A stretch of DNA of 64,000 bases from an uncultured Gammaproteobacteria bacterium. GTDB lineage: Bacteria > Pseudomonadota > Gammaproteobacteria > GCA-001735895. Shown here in pieces: positions 48,177-56,883 of this stretch (positions are counted from its first letter, which is position 1; the number at the start of each line of letters is the position of its first letter). The stretch is taken from positions 3,714 to 67,713 of the forward strand of contig CAMYON010000002.1 in assembly GCA_947260025.1 (NCBI GenBank). The letters run 5' to 3'. The notes below the pieces were generated by a model. That model was not told where the DNA came from, ran no database searches, and saw nothing but the letters and a program-made list of their open reading frames with translations. The position numbers were made by a program, and so were the translations under genes.

Positions 48177-49556
48177 TTAGTCTACCAGGCGCAGTAAATC
48201 GTTATAAACGGCAATCGACATCAGGCAGAAGAGTAGCAGGATACCAATTTTCTGGCCGATAATTTCGGTTTGTTCTGACACCGGACTTCCCTTGACGACT
48301 TCGACTAAATAATAAAACAAATGCCCGCCATCCAGCATGGGAACCGGTAGCAGATTTAAAACACCAAGACTGATACTGATGATCGCGAGAAACCCGAGAA
48401 AAGGCTCGAGTCCAATACGTGCCGTTATCCCGGCATAGTGCGCAATCGTGATCGGGCCACTCAGATTCCTGACGCTGGCCTCGCCGGTAACGAGCTTACC
48501 CAATACGCGCAAGGTTAGCCAGGTCATTCGCCAGGTTTTATCCATGGCCTCGACCATCCCATCGACCGCTCCATAGCGTTCAGTGACTGACATTTCACGG
48601 CGTATCGAATCGGGGATCTCAACCCGGTTTCTGACGCCGATATAGCCATAGGTTTCGCCCGCTTCGCTGCGGCTTCGAGGGGTCAGGGTCAGCCTGGTTT
48701 CGACGCCATCGCGTAACACCTTTAGCGACATCGGCCTCTCGGGATTGTTCCGAATATCTCGAACCCACTGCTGGACATTTTCGATCGCAGTGCCGTCGAG
48801 CTCCAGAATTTTGTCACCCGCCTGCAGGCCCGCCTGTTGTGCGGCCCCGTCGGGCAGAACTTCGTCGATAATCGGCGGAATATCCGGTCGCCATGGAGAC
48901 AGGCCCAAATCCCGCATCAGGTCGATCTGGTCTCTTTGCAGCAGCTCGAGCCCGCGAATATCGATTACCTTGTCGCGAATCTGTAAATCCTCGCTTTGCA
49001 CCCGCAAAATAATCTGATCTGCGCCTACCGCCTCTTCCAGCATGGTGAATCGTGCCTTTTCCCAACTCGGAGTATCGATGCCGTTGACCGACAATATAAG
49101 GTCGCGTTGCTGAACCCCCGCTGTATAGGCAGGACCCGGGCTATTTACTTCACCGATTAGCGGCTTGACGCCGCCGACACCAACCACGAACATCAGGTAA
49201 TAAGCCAGAATTGCAAACAGGAAATTAAACGCGGGACCCGCGGCCACGATGGCCATACGACGCCAGACCGACTTGCGATTAAAGGCACGATCCAGGTCTT
49301 GTGGCGCAACATCGCCTTCACGCTCGTCGAGCATCTTGACGTAGCCGCCGAACGGAATACTGGCGATTACGTACTCGGTCTGGTCGGGGCCCGCCTGACG
49401 CATCCACAGCGGTTTGCCGAAGCCGACCGAAAAGCGCAGGACCTTGACGCCCATTTTACGCGCCACCCAGAAATGGCCGAATTCATGAATGGTGACCAAA
49501 ACGCCGATCGCGACGATAAAGGCCAGCAGACTGTAGACAAGTCCCAAAAAATCCAT
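48177..49556 (-). CDS. rseP: Sigma-E protease regulator RIP zinc metalloprotease RseP
   Basis: HEFGHFWVAR (HExxH) and PDZ domains. 459 aa. Confidence 0.9.
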   Translation of the reverse strand: MDFLGLVYSLLAFIVAIGVLVTIHEFGHFWVARKMGVKVLRFSVGFGKPLWMRQAGPDQTEYVIASIPFGGYVKMLDEREGDVAPQDLDRAFNRKSVWRRMAIVAAGPAFNFLFAILAYYLMFVVGVGGVKPLIGEVNSPGPAYTAGVQQRDLILSVNGIDTPSWEKARFTMLEEAVGADQIILRVQSEDLQIRDKVIDIRGLELLQRDQIDLMRDLGLSPWRPDIPPIIDEVLPDGAAQQAGLQAGDKILELDGTAIENVQQWVRDIRNNPERPMSLKVLRDGVETRLTLTPRSRSEAGETYGYIGVRNRVEIPDSIRREMSVTERYGAVDGMVEAMDKTWRMTWLTLRVLGKLVTGEASVRNLSGPITIAHYAGITARIGLEPFLGFLAIISISLGVLNLLPVPMLDGGHLFYYLVEVVKGSPVSEQTEIIGQKIGILLLFCLMSIAVYNDLLRLVD

Positions 49557-49557
49557 G

Positions 49558-50736
49558 CTAGTTAACTCCGGGCGCTACCAACGACAGCGCGAGTTCTCGT
49601 GCGCTGGCGTCAGCCTGTAAAATACTGTCCAGCCTGTCCGCCGGACCGGTTGATGTTTGCTCCATGACCTGGGTAATTAGTCTCGGAATTTCGATAAAAC
49701 TGATACTTCGCTGCAAAAATTGCTCCACCGCAACCTCGTTGGCCGCATTCAACACCGCCATACTGGTACCGCCCCTATGCCAGGCCTCGCGCGCCAGCGC
49801 AAGACAGGGATAACGCGACTCGTCCGCGAGTGTGAAGTCTAATTGACTGACCTGCAACAAATCCAATGGTTCGGCGCCACTTTCGATGCGTTCAGGCCAG
49901 GTCAGGGCGTTGGCGATCGGAGTTCTCATATCAGGATTTCCCAGTTGCGCAATTACCGAACCGTCCAGGTACGACACCATGGAATGAACGATGCTCTGCC
50001 GATGCAGCACGATGTCGATATCGGAGTGATCGACCGCAAACAACCAGCAGGCTTCGATCATTTCGAGTCCCTTGTTCATCATGGTTGCGGAATCGACCGA
50101 GATTTTAGGCCCCATGTCCCAGTTGGGATGCGCACAGGCCTGTTCCGGCGTCACGTTTTCCAGCTGCGCGATATCGATATCCCGGAAAGGCCCCCCGGAA
50201 CCGGTCAATATTATCCGGTGAACCCCCGACTCGAGCGCAGCCTGACCGATACTCCCGGGTGGCAGACACTGGAAGATGGCATTGTGTTCGCTGTCGACAG
50301 GCAACAGCTCGGCCTGGTGCTGGCGCACTTCATCCATAAACAGCGCGCCCGCCATGACCAGTGACTCCTTGTTGGCAAGCAGGACGCGCTTGCCGCCGCG
50401 AATTGCCGCTAACGTCGGTAACAGACCGGCTGCGCCAACAATGGCGGCAACCACGATGTCAACGCCGTCGTCGGCAGCAACCTGTGCCAGGCACGATTCT
50501 CCCGCCAGTACTTCGGTCGGTAAATCGGCAATTACCTCGCTCAGGCGCTGGGCGCTGTCGGGATCCGCCATCACCACGTATCGAGGCTCGAACTGCCGGC
50601 ACAGCTGGCGCATTTTCTGATCGTTGTCGTTCGCCGTCAGCGCATACAGTGCAAACCTGTCGCGGTGACGTGCGATGATGTCGAGTGTGGACTGACCGAC
50701 CGAACCGGTGGCCCCGAGAATCGTAACCTGCTTCAT
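49558..50736 (-). CDS. dxr: 1-deoxy-D-xylulose 5-phosphate reductoisomerase
   Basis: MKQVTILGATGSVGQSTLDII... is the canonical Dxr N-terminus. Confidence 0.93.
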   Translation of the reverse strand: MKQVTILGATGSVGQSTLDIIARHRDRFALYALTANDNDQKMRQLCRQFEPRYVVMADPDSAQRLSEVIADLPTEVLAGESCLAQVAADDGVDIVVAAIVGAAGLLPTLAAIRGGKRVLLANKESLVMAGALFMDEVRQHQAELLPVDSEHNAIFQCLPPGSIGQAALESGVHRIILTGSGGPFRDIDIAQLENVTPEQACAHPNWDMGPKISVDSATMMNKGLEMIEACWLFAVDHSDIDIVLHRQSIVHSMVSYLDGSVIAQLGNPDMRTPIANALTWPERIESGAEPLDLLQVSQLDFTLADESRYPCLALAREAWHRGGTSMAVLNAANEVAVEQFLQRSISFIEIPRLITQVMEQTSTGPADRLDSILQADASARELALSLVAPGVN

Positions 50737-51548
50737 GCCGATCCAGCTATCATCAAGCCGCCGACAAACACCGGGGTGGCGGCAATAACGCTATCGATTC
50801 GATCCAGAACTCCGCCGTGGCCCGGCAGCAAATGACCGCTGTCCTTGACGCCAGCCTCGCGCTTGATAACGCTTTCGAACAAATCGCCAACTATGGATAT
50901 CGACACTGTCGCTATTCCAATCAACACGAATGGCAGCAGACCGATACCCCAGCCCTGCGTCAGCCAGAAAACCAGCAAGATCCATATCAGGTTGACCAGG
51001 ACGCCGCCGTATACCCCTTCCCAGGTCTTGCCCGGACTGATCGATGGCGCGAGTTTTCGCTTGCCGAATTTACGGCCGCTGAAATAAGCGCCGATGTCGG
51101 CCAGCCACACCAGGGTGAGCATGTATAACAGTATTTCGCCGCCATAGGTCTGGTGCAGGTAAACCACGCCGTGCCCGCAAATCCATAGCAGGTCCAGGCC
51201 CAGTCCCAGCATGACCACGCGCGCCAGCAGCGGCCGGTTCTCCTGGTGCCGATAAAAATTAAACCCGATTGCGATCACCATCCATAACGCAATGCCCGCC
51301 AGCGACTGCGCGTAAACAAGCTCCGCGGTCGAGAACGCGAGCGACCACCAGTAAAGCGCGGCAAACAGGATTCCGACAACGATCGCAACCCAGGCCGCCG
51401 ATTTGAGCGTCAGCAACACGAATTCCCGCGCGGCGGCAAACAGGACCAGGGAAAACAACAGGCCGACCCAGCGCGTTTCGGCGAATAGTATGCTGCCGAT
51501 AACAATCACGGCCAGAATCACCGCGGTGATGATGCGCTGTTTCAGCAT
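50733..51548 (-). CDS. cdsA: Phosphatidate cytidylyltransferase
   Basis: Polytopic protein with a CdsA C-terminal motif (...GHGGVLDRIDS...). Confidence 0.88.
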   Translation of the reverse strand: MLKQRIITAVILAVIVIGSILFAETRWVGLLFSLVLFAAAREFVLLTLKSAAWVAIVVGILFAALYWWSLAFSTAELVYAQSLAGIALWMVIAIGFNFYRHQENRPLLARVVMLGLGLDLLWICGHGVVYLHQTYGGEILLYMLTLVWLADIGAYFSGRKFGKRKLAPSISPGKTWEGVYGGVLVNLIWILLVFWLTQGWGIGLLPFVLIGIATVSISIVGDLFESVIKREAGVKDSGHLLPGHGGVLDRIDSVIAATPVFVGGLMIAGSA

Positions 51549-52288
51549 TAACCGGGAACCTCGATCTGTTCACCGGTTTTTCCATAGCGGCGCTGGCGCC
51601 TGGAGTATTCTGCCAGCGCGTCGGCCATCTCGGCCTCGGAAAAATCCGGCCACAGCGTATCGCAAAAATAGAATTCGGTATAAGCCAGTTGCCACAGCAG
51701 GAAATTACTGATTCTTCGCTCGCCGCCGGTGCGTATGAAAAGGTCCGGATCCGGCGTGCCTGCCAGCGACAGCTGCGCGGCAAAGGCCTGGTCGTCGATC
51801 CGGTCTGCGTCGAGGGCGCCTTGCTGCACCTGCTGCACGATTGTGCGACAGGCATTGACGATATCCCATTGGCCGCCGTAGTTAGCCGCGATATTCAACA
51901 CCATCGACTTGTTGTCACCGGTCTCGGCCTCTGCGTGGTTTATCTGCTGCTGCAGATCCGTCGAAAACGAACTTCGCTCGCCAATAAATCGGATTCTTAT
52001 CTGCTGCTCGTGTAATTCCGGCGTATATTGCCGCAGCGACTCCATAAATAATTCCATCAAACTACTGACTTCTTCCGCGGGACGGTTCCAGTTTTCACTA
52101 CTAAAGGCGAACAGGGTCAGATGCCTGACGCCGACGCGCGCGAAATATTCCACCGCCAGGCGCGTGGTTTCGACACCCTTGCGATGGCCATAAGCGCGTG
52201 GCATCAGGCGTTTTTTTGCCCAGCGCCCGTTGCCATCCATGATTACGCAAACGTGCTCCGGGATTGATGCCTGGGATTGAGAAGTCAT
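51548..52288 (-). CDS. uppS: Ditrans,polycis-undecaprenyl-diphosphate synthase (isoprenyl transferase)
   Basis: HVCVIMDGNGRWAK... is the UppS signature. Confidence 0.92.
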   Translation of the reverse strand: MTSQSQASIPEHVCVIMDGNGRWAKKRLMPRAYGHRKGVETTRLAVEYFARVGVRHLTLFAFSSENWNRPAEEVSSLMELFMESLRQYTPELHEQQIRIRFIGERSSFSTDLQQQINHAEAETGDNKSMVLNIAANYGGQWDIVNACRTIVQQVQQGALDADRIDDQAFAAQLSLAGTPDPDLFIRTGGERRISNFLLWQLAYTEFYFCDTLWPDFSEAEMADALAEYSRRQRRYGKTGEQIEVPG

Positions 52289-52309
52289 GATCCCGTGATC
52301 CTGTCGCGA

Positions 52310-52867
52310 TCAAATTTCCATCAATTCCTTTTCCTTGGTCTGCAACAGCGATTCGATTTCATCGGTAGACTGGTTGGTAACCTGCTGCACGAGGTCCTGG
52401 CCGCGATGTTCGTCGTCTTCCGAAATATCCTTGTCCCTGGCCAGTGTTTTCAGATCATTGTTACCGTCGCGACGTATGTTCCTGATCGCAACGCGCGCAT
52501 TCTCCGCGAGTTCCCGCACCACCTTCACCAGTTCCTTGCGGCGCTCCTCGGTTAGCGGCGGCATGGGCACCCTGATCACCGTACCCGCGGTGGTCGGATT
52601 GAGACCGAGGTCCGAGGTCATGATGGCTTTTTCTATAATCGGCACCATGCTCTTGTCCCACGGTGCGACCGCCAGCGTGCGTGCATCCTCCACGGTAATA
52701 TTGGCGGCCTGCCCTATCGGAACCTCGCTGCCGTAAAAATCAACATTGATATGGTTGAGCAGACTCGGATGCGCGCGTCCGGTCCTGATCTTGCTGAGTT
52801 CCGCCTTGAAAGCCTCGATGCTCTTGTTCATACGATTACGCGCATCTTGCTGAACGTCTTCTATCAT
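52310..52867 (-). CDS. frr: Ribosome recycling factor
   Basis: [32 protein letters not shown]... Start at the internal Met abutting the pyrH stop. The ORF-track extension is non-homologous. Confidence 0.92.
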   Translation of the reverse strand: MIEDVQQDARNRMNKSIEAFKAELSKIRTGRAHPSLLNHINVDFYGSEVPIGQAANITVEDARTLAVAPWDKSMVPIIEKAIMTSDLGLNPTTAGTVIRVPMPPLTEERRKELVKVVRELAENARVAIRNIRRDGNNDLKTLARDKDISEDDEHRGQDLVQQVTNQSTDEIESLLQTKEKELMEI

Positions 52868-53595
52868 TGTTTTACCTCTTTTCGGGTTACCCGGGTGCCA
52901 ACCGATTTGCCCCGGGCCAGTTCGAGTAATGCGCCGGGTTGATTGATATCGCAAACCACCAGGTCAAGCGCATTATCATTACACAAAATCATTGCCGCGA
53001 CATCCATCACCGCGAGCCGCTGGTCGATTGCGAGATCGTAATCCAGGTCGCGGTAGCGCACGGCGTCGTCATGTTTAACGGGGTCCTTGTCGTAAATACC
53101 ATCGACCTTGGTAGCCTTGATCAGCAGATCGGCGCATATCTCGATTGCACGCAGGCTGGCGCCGGTGTCGGTGGTAAAATACGGGCTTCCGGTACCCGCC
53201 GCGAAAATCAGGATTTCACCTTGTGCAATGCGCCGGCGCGCATCCCGCTGGGTATAGGAGTCGCAGACCTGGGGCATCGCGAGGCCCGACATGACCACGG
53301 CGGTTTTACCCGCGCGCCGCAGGCCGTCCTGCAGGGCCAGCGCGTTCATTACGGTAGCCAGCATGCCCATGTGATCGCCGGTTACCCGGTCGAGCCCGGC
53401 GGCCGCCAGGCCGGCACCACGGAACAGGTTCCCACCGCCCACCACGATACCGATTTCTACCCCGGCATCATGCACTGCCACCAACTCGGCCGCCAGTTGG
53501 CCGATCATCTGCGGATCGATGCCGGAACCCTGTTTACCCATCAGTGCCTCGCCACTGAGTTTTACCAGGATACGCTTGTGTTTGATTGCCACCAT
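52864..53595 (-). CDS. pyrH: UMP kinase
   Basis: ...[11 protein letters not shown]... N-terminus and full-length PyrH similarity. Confidence 0.93.
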   Translation of the reverse strand: MVAIKHKRILVKLSGEALMGKQGSGIDPQMIGQLAAELVAVHDAGVEIGIVVGGGNLFRGAGLAAAGLDRVTGDHMGMLATVMNALALQDGLRRAGKTAVVMSGLAMPQVCDSYTQRDARRRIAQGEILIFAAGTGSPYFTTDTGASLRAIEICADLLIKATKVDGIYDKDPVKHDDAVRYRDLDYDLAIDQRLAVMDVAAMILCNDNALDLVVCDINQPGALLELARGKSVGTRVTRKEVKQ

Positions 53596-53744
53596 AGGAT
53601 TCAGGTCAGGTTTGTTTGGAAAAGCCCGGCTTCGGATTACTTGTCGAGACGGATCCCCGCAAATTTAACGCGGGCAGTTTATCGGCATTATGCAGGCATT
53701 TTAAGTGCATTATTGACAAACCATCACCCCTCGCGGGTTGGAAG

Positions 53745-53772
53745 CAAAAAAAAGGCCGCGAAGGTCGCGGCC
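53745..53772 (-). terminator. Rho-independent terminator downstream of tsf
   Basis: On the minus strand, GGCCGCGACCTTCGCGGCC followed by TTTTTTTTT. On the plus strand, aaaaaaaaaggccgcgaaggtcgcggcc. Confidence 0.7.
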
Positions 53773-53781
53773 CTGTGCTGC

Positions 53782-54654
53782 TCATGAATTTAATTGCGAT
53801 GCCACTTCGGCGGCGAAATCCTCGACTTTCTTTTCGATGCCTTCACCCACCTCGTAGCGCACGAAACGATTAACCCTGGCGCCGGCGGTAGACAGCAGCT
53901 TGCTTACGGTCTGCTCCTGGTCCTTGACAAAAGGCTGGCCCAGCAGCGTAACTTCGGCGAGAAACTTGTTGAGTCGGCCCTGAATCATTTTTTCGATGAT
54001 TTCCGGCGGCTTACCGCTGGATTCAGCCTGTGCAATGAGAATCCCCTTCTCCTTCTCGACAAACTCCGCAGGAACCGAATCCTGGTCGACAAACTGCGGG
54101 TTGACGGCGGCCACGTGCATCGCAATGTCGCGCGCCAGGTCCGGGTCCGCGTCGGAGTCGATCAGCACACCGATACGGTCGCCGTGCAGGTAGGATGCTA
54201 TCGACGCATCGGATTCGACGATTTCAAAACGACGCACCTGGATGTTTTCCCCGACCTTCGCAATCAGCGCCTGGCGCGCCTGTTCGACAGTCTGACCACT
54301 ACCCAGCGTCAGCGATGACAATTCTTCGACCGTGCCCGGCCTGTGCTCGGCAACTGCCGCCAGGACTTCTTCGGCGAATGCCTGGAAGTTATCGTCCTTG
54401 GCGACGAAGTCCGTTTCCGAGTTGATTTCGAGGATCACCGCTGACTTGCCGTCAGCGTTGACCAATACCTTGATTGCACCATCGGCGGCAACGCGGCCTG
54501 CCTTCTTATCCGCCTTGGCAGCACCCGATTTGCGCATCAGCTCTGCCGCTGCCTCGATATCGCCATCGGTTTCAACCAGGGCTTTCTTACATTCCATCAT
54601 GCCCGAACCGGTGCGTTCGCGCAGTTCTTTTACCAAAGATGCTGTTATAGCCAC
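53782..54654 (-). CDS. tsf: Elongation factor Ts
   Basis: [26 protein letters not shown]... is the canonical EF-Ts N-terminus. Confidence 0.95.
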   Translation of the reverse strand: MAITASLVKELRERTGSGMMECKKALVETDGDIEAAAELMRKSGAAKADKKAGRVAADGAIKVLVNADGKSAVILEINSETDFVAKDDNFQAFAEEVLAAVAEHRPGTVEELSSLTLGSGQTVEQARQALIAKVGENIQVRRFEIVESDASIASYLHGDRIGVLIDSDADPDLARDIAMHVAAVNPQFVDQDSVPAEFVEKEKGILIAQAESSGKPPEIIEKMIQGRLNKFLAEVTLLGQPFVKDQEQTVSKLLSTAGARVNRFVRYEVGEGIEKKVEDFAAEVASQLNS

Positions 54655-54699
54655 TTCAATACCTCGTTAGTAAGCCTGCGGTACCTCGCAGGCGCTGAA

Positions 54700-55863
54700 T
54701 TAGTCCTTAGTAGCGTCCTTCTTGGTAGCGGCCTTCTTGGTCGCCGCCTTCTTGGTGGCTGCTTTCTTGGTCGCCGCCTTCTTGGTCGCTGCTTTCTTGG
54801 TCGCCGACTTCTTGGTAGCGGCCTTCTTGGTAGCGGCCTTCTTGGTCGCCGTCTTCTTGGTGGCTGCTTTCTTAGCTGCAGGCTCCTCCTCGGCCACGGG
54901 CTCTGCCGCTGCTGTAGAGTCATCCTTTGCACCTTCATCAACGTCAGCATCAGCCGCGGCTGGCGTAGCTGCCTCTTCGACCGCCGCACTCTGCGCAGGC
55001 GCTTCTGCAGGTGCTTCCTCTGCAGCTGCCGGCTCCTCTGCAGCCGCTGGTTCAGCTTCGGCTTGCGCCGCTGTTGCCGGTGTTTTCTTGGCGCTTACCT
55101 TGACCGCAGGCCTGGCTGCAACTGTTTCTGCATCCTCTTCGATTTCGATCAACTCGTCGTCGCTATCGGCCCCGGCAACGATACTTTGCTTACCTTCGAC
55201 AACGGCGTCGGCCACCAGCCGGGCATAAAGTTTAATAGCGCGCATCGAATCATCGTTGCCGGGTACGATGTACTCGACATTATCCGGGGAGTTGTTGGTG
55301 TCGACGATACCGACCACTGGAATGCCGAGCTTGGCGGCTTCCTGGACCGCGATCTTTTCGTATCCCACGTCGATTACGAACAGCACGTCAGGCAGACCAT
55401 TCATTTCCTTGATGCCGCCGAGTGTCTTCTCGAGCTTTTCCTGTTCGCGTGACAGCTGCAGTATTTCCTTTTTATTGATCTTTTCGTAGCTATTACTGGC
55501 GGCCATCTCTTCAAGCTCCTTGAGACGCTTGATCGACGCGCGTACGGTCCGAAAATTGGTCAGCATACCGCCCAGCCAACGGTGGTTGACAAACGGCATA
55601 CCGCAACGCTCGGCTTCCTCTTTGACCGCATCGCTAGCGGCACGCTTGGTGCCGACAAACATGATTTTGCCTTTCTTGGATGCGACCTTGCCGAGGTAAT
55701 TCACCGCGTCCTTGCACAGCGGCATGGTTTGCTCGAGGTTGATGATGTGGATCTTGTTGCGCTCGCCAAAAATGAAGGGCGCCATTTTAGGGTTCCAGAA
55801 ACGGGTTTGGTGACCGAAATGCACGCCCGCTTCCAACATTTCACGCATGGTGACGTTAGACAT
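54700..55863 (-). CDS. rpsB: 30S ribosomal protein S2 with a ~140-aa low-complexity C-terminal extension (acidic Ala/Glu/Pro block, then basic (AATKK)n repeats)
   Basis: The first ~245 aa are a canonical S2 ([27 protein letters not shown]...). The tail is ...[18 protein letters not shown]... then [22 protein letters not shown]... about 11 times. Start at the internal Met with a GGAGA ribosome-binding site. Confidence 0.9.
   Translation of the reverse strand: MSNVTMREMLEAGVHFGHQTRFWNPKMAPFIFGERNKIHIINLEQTMPLCKDAVNYLGKVASKKGKIMFVGTKRAASDAVKEEAERCGMPFVNHRWLGGMLTNFRTVRASIKRLKELEEMAASNSYEKINKKEILQLSREQEKLEKTLGGIKEMNGLPDVLFVIDVGYEKIAVQEAAKLGIPVVGIVDTNNSPDNVEYIVPGNDDSMRAIKLYARLVADAVVEGKQSIVAGADSDDELIEIEEDAETVAARPAVKVSAKKTPATAAQAEAEPAAAEEPAAAEEAPAEAPAQSAAVEEAATPAAADADVDEGAKDDSTAAAEPVAEEEPAAKKAATKKTATKKAATKKAATKKSATKKAATKKAATKKAATKKAATKKAATKKDATKD
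54705..54878. repeat. 15-bp tandem repeat (~11 units, consensus cttcttggtMgcSgc) encoding the (AATKK)n tail of rpsB
   Basis: Direct reading of 54705-54878: ...ccttcttggtagcggccttcttggtcgccgccttcttggtggctgctttcttggtcgccgcc... Confidence 0.85.
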
Positions 55864-56109
55864 AGTATCTCCAGATGTCTGTTGAACAGCCTGTTTGCGG
55901 CTATCCTGGGTTAAGCCTCCACATACCCGACGCTCACGACCTGCTGTCTCTGGTAAAACGCAGGCACCCATGAACGCGTTGCGGCATGTGTGTGTCGTTA
56001 GGGAACACCGAAAATTGCGATGCCCCGATTAATTTGCCCCTGCAGTTGCCGAGGGCGCGCGCTTTATACCATAATCCCGTATTCTCAACAACCAGCCAGC
56101 AGTAGTTTT

Positions 56110-56877
56110 ATGGGCGTCACGATCAAATCCCCCGAAGAAATAGAAAAAATGCGCGTTGCCGGGCGCCTGGCGGCCGATGTGCTGCGCATGATCGAACCCC
56201 ACGTAGAACCTGGCGTTACCACCCAGCAGCTCAACGATATCTGCCACGACTACATGGTCAACCAGCAATCGGTGGTGCCCGCACCGCTGAACTACCGGGG
56301 ATTTCCGCGCTCGATCTGCACCTCGGTGAATCATGTCGTCTGCCACGGCATTCCGGCCGAGAAGAAGTTGAAGAACGGCGATATCATCAATATCGACATT
56401 ACCGTGATCAAGGATGGTTACCACGGCGACACCAGCCGCATGTTCCAGGTCGGCAAGTCCACCATCCAGGGCCAGCGGATTTCACGGATCGCCTACGACT
56501 GCATGAAAATCGGCATCGAAATGATCAAGCCGGGGGTCCGCCTGGGCGATATCGGTCACGCGATTCAGCAATATGCAGAGAAGAATAACTGTAGCGTGGT
56601 GCGGGAGTATTGCGGCCACGGTATCGGCAGGGTGTTCCACGAGGATCCGCAGGTTCTGCATTACGGTAAACCGGGTACCGGTCTGATGCTCGAGCCAGGC
56701 ATGACCTTTACCGTGGAGCCAATGATCAACCTCGGCAAGCGATACGTGAAACTGCTACCCGATGAATGGACCGTGGTCACCAAGGACCATGCCCTGTCCG
56801 CACAGTGGGAACACACCAATCTGGTTACAGACTCCGGCTTCGAGGTCTTGACGCTGCATCCCGAATTCGGGTTCTGA
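56110..56877 (+). CDS. map: Type I methionine aminopeptidase
   Basis: MGVTIKSPEEIEKMRVAGRLAADVL... with metal ligands (DIxxD..., HG, E). 255 aa. Divergent from rpsB. Confidence 0.92.
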   Translation: MGVTIKSPEEIEKMRVAGRLAADVLRMIEPHVEPGVTTQQLNDICHDYMVNQQSVVPAPLNYRGFPRSICTSVNHVVCHGIPAEKKLKNGDIINIDITVIKDGYHGDTSRMFQVGKSTIQGQRISRIAYDCMKIGIEMIKPGVRLGDIGHAIQQYAEKNNCSVVREYCGHGIGRVFHEDPQVLHYGKPGTGLMLEPGMTFTVEPMINLGKRYVKLLPDEWTVVTKDHALSAQWEHTNLVTDSGFEVLTLHPEFGF

Positions 56878-56883
56878 GTTTTC

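Noticed and set aside
54705-54878. Considered whether the 15-bp tandem repeats could be a CRISPR array or satellite
   Set aside because: Units are contiguous with no spacers and far shorter than CRISPR repeats. They maintain the rpsB reading frame and encode AATKK units. This is a coding low-complexity repeat.
54722-55228. 168-aa plus-strand ORF reading (VAAFL)n through the rpsB repeat
   Set aside because: Mirror-image reading of the 15-bp tandem repeat on the non-coding strand of rpsB. The hydrophobic repeat has no ribosome-binding site or homology.
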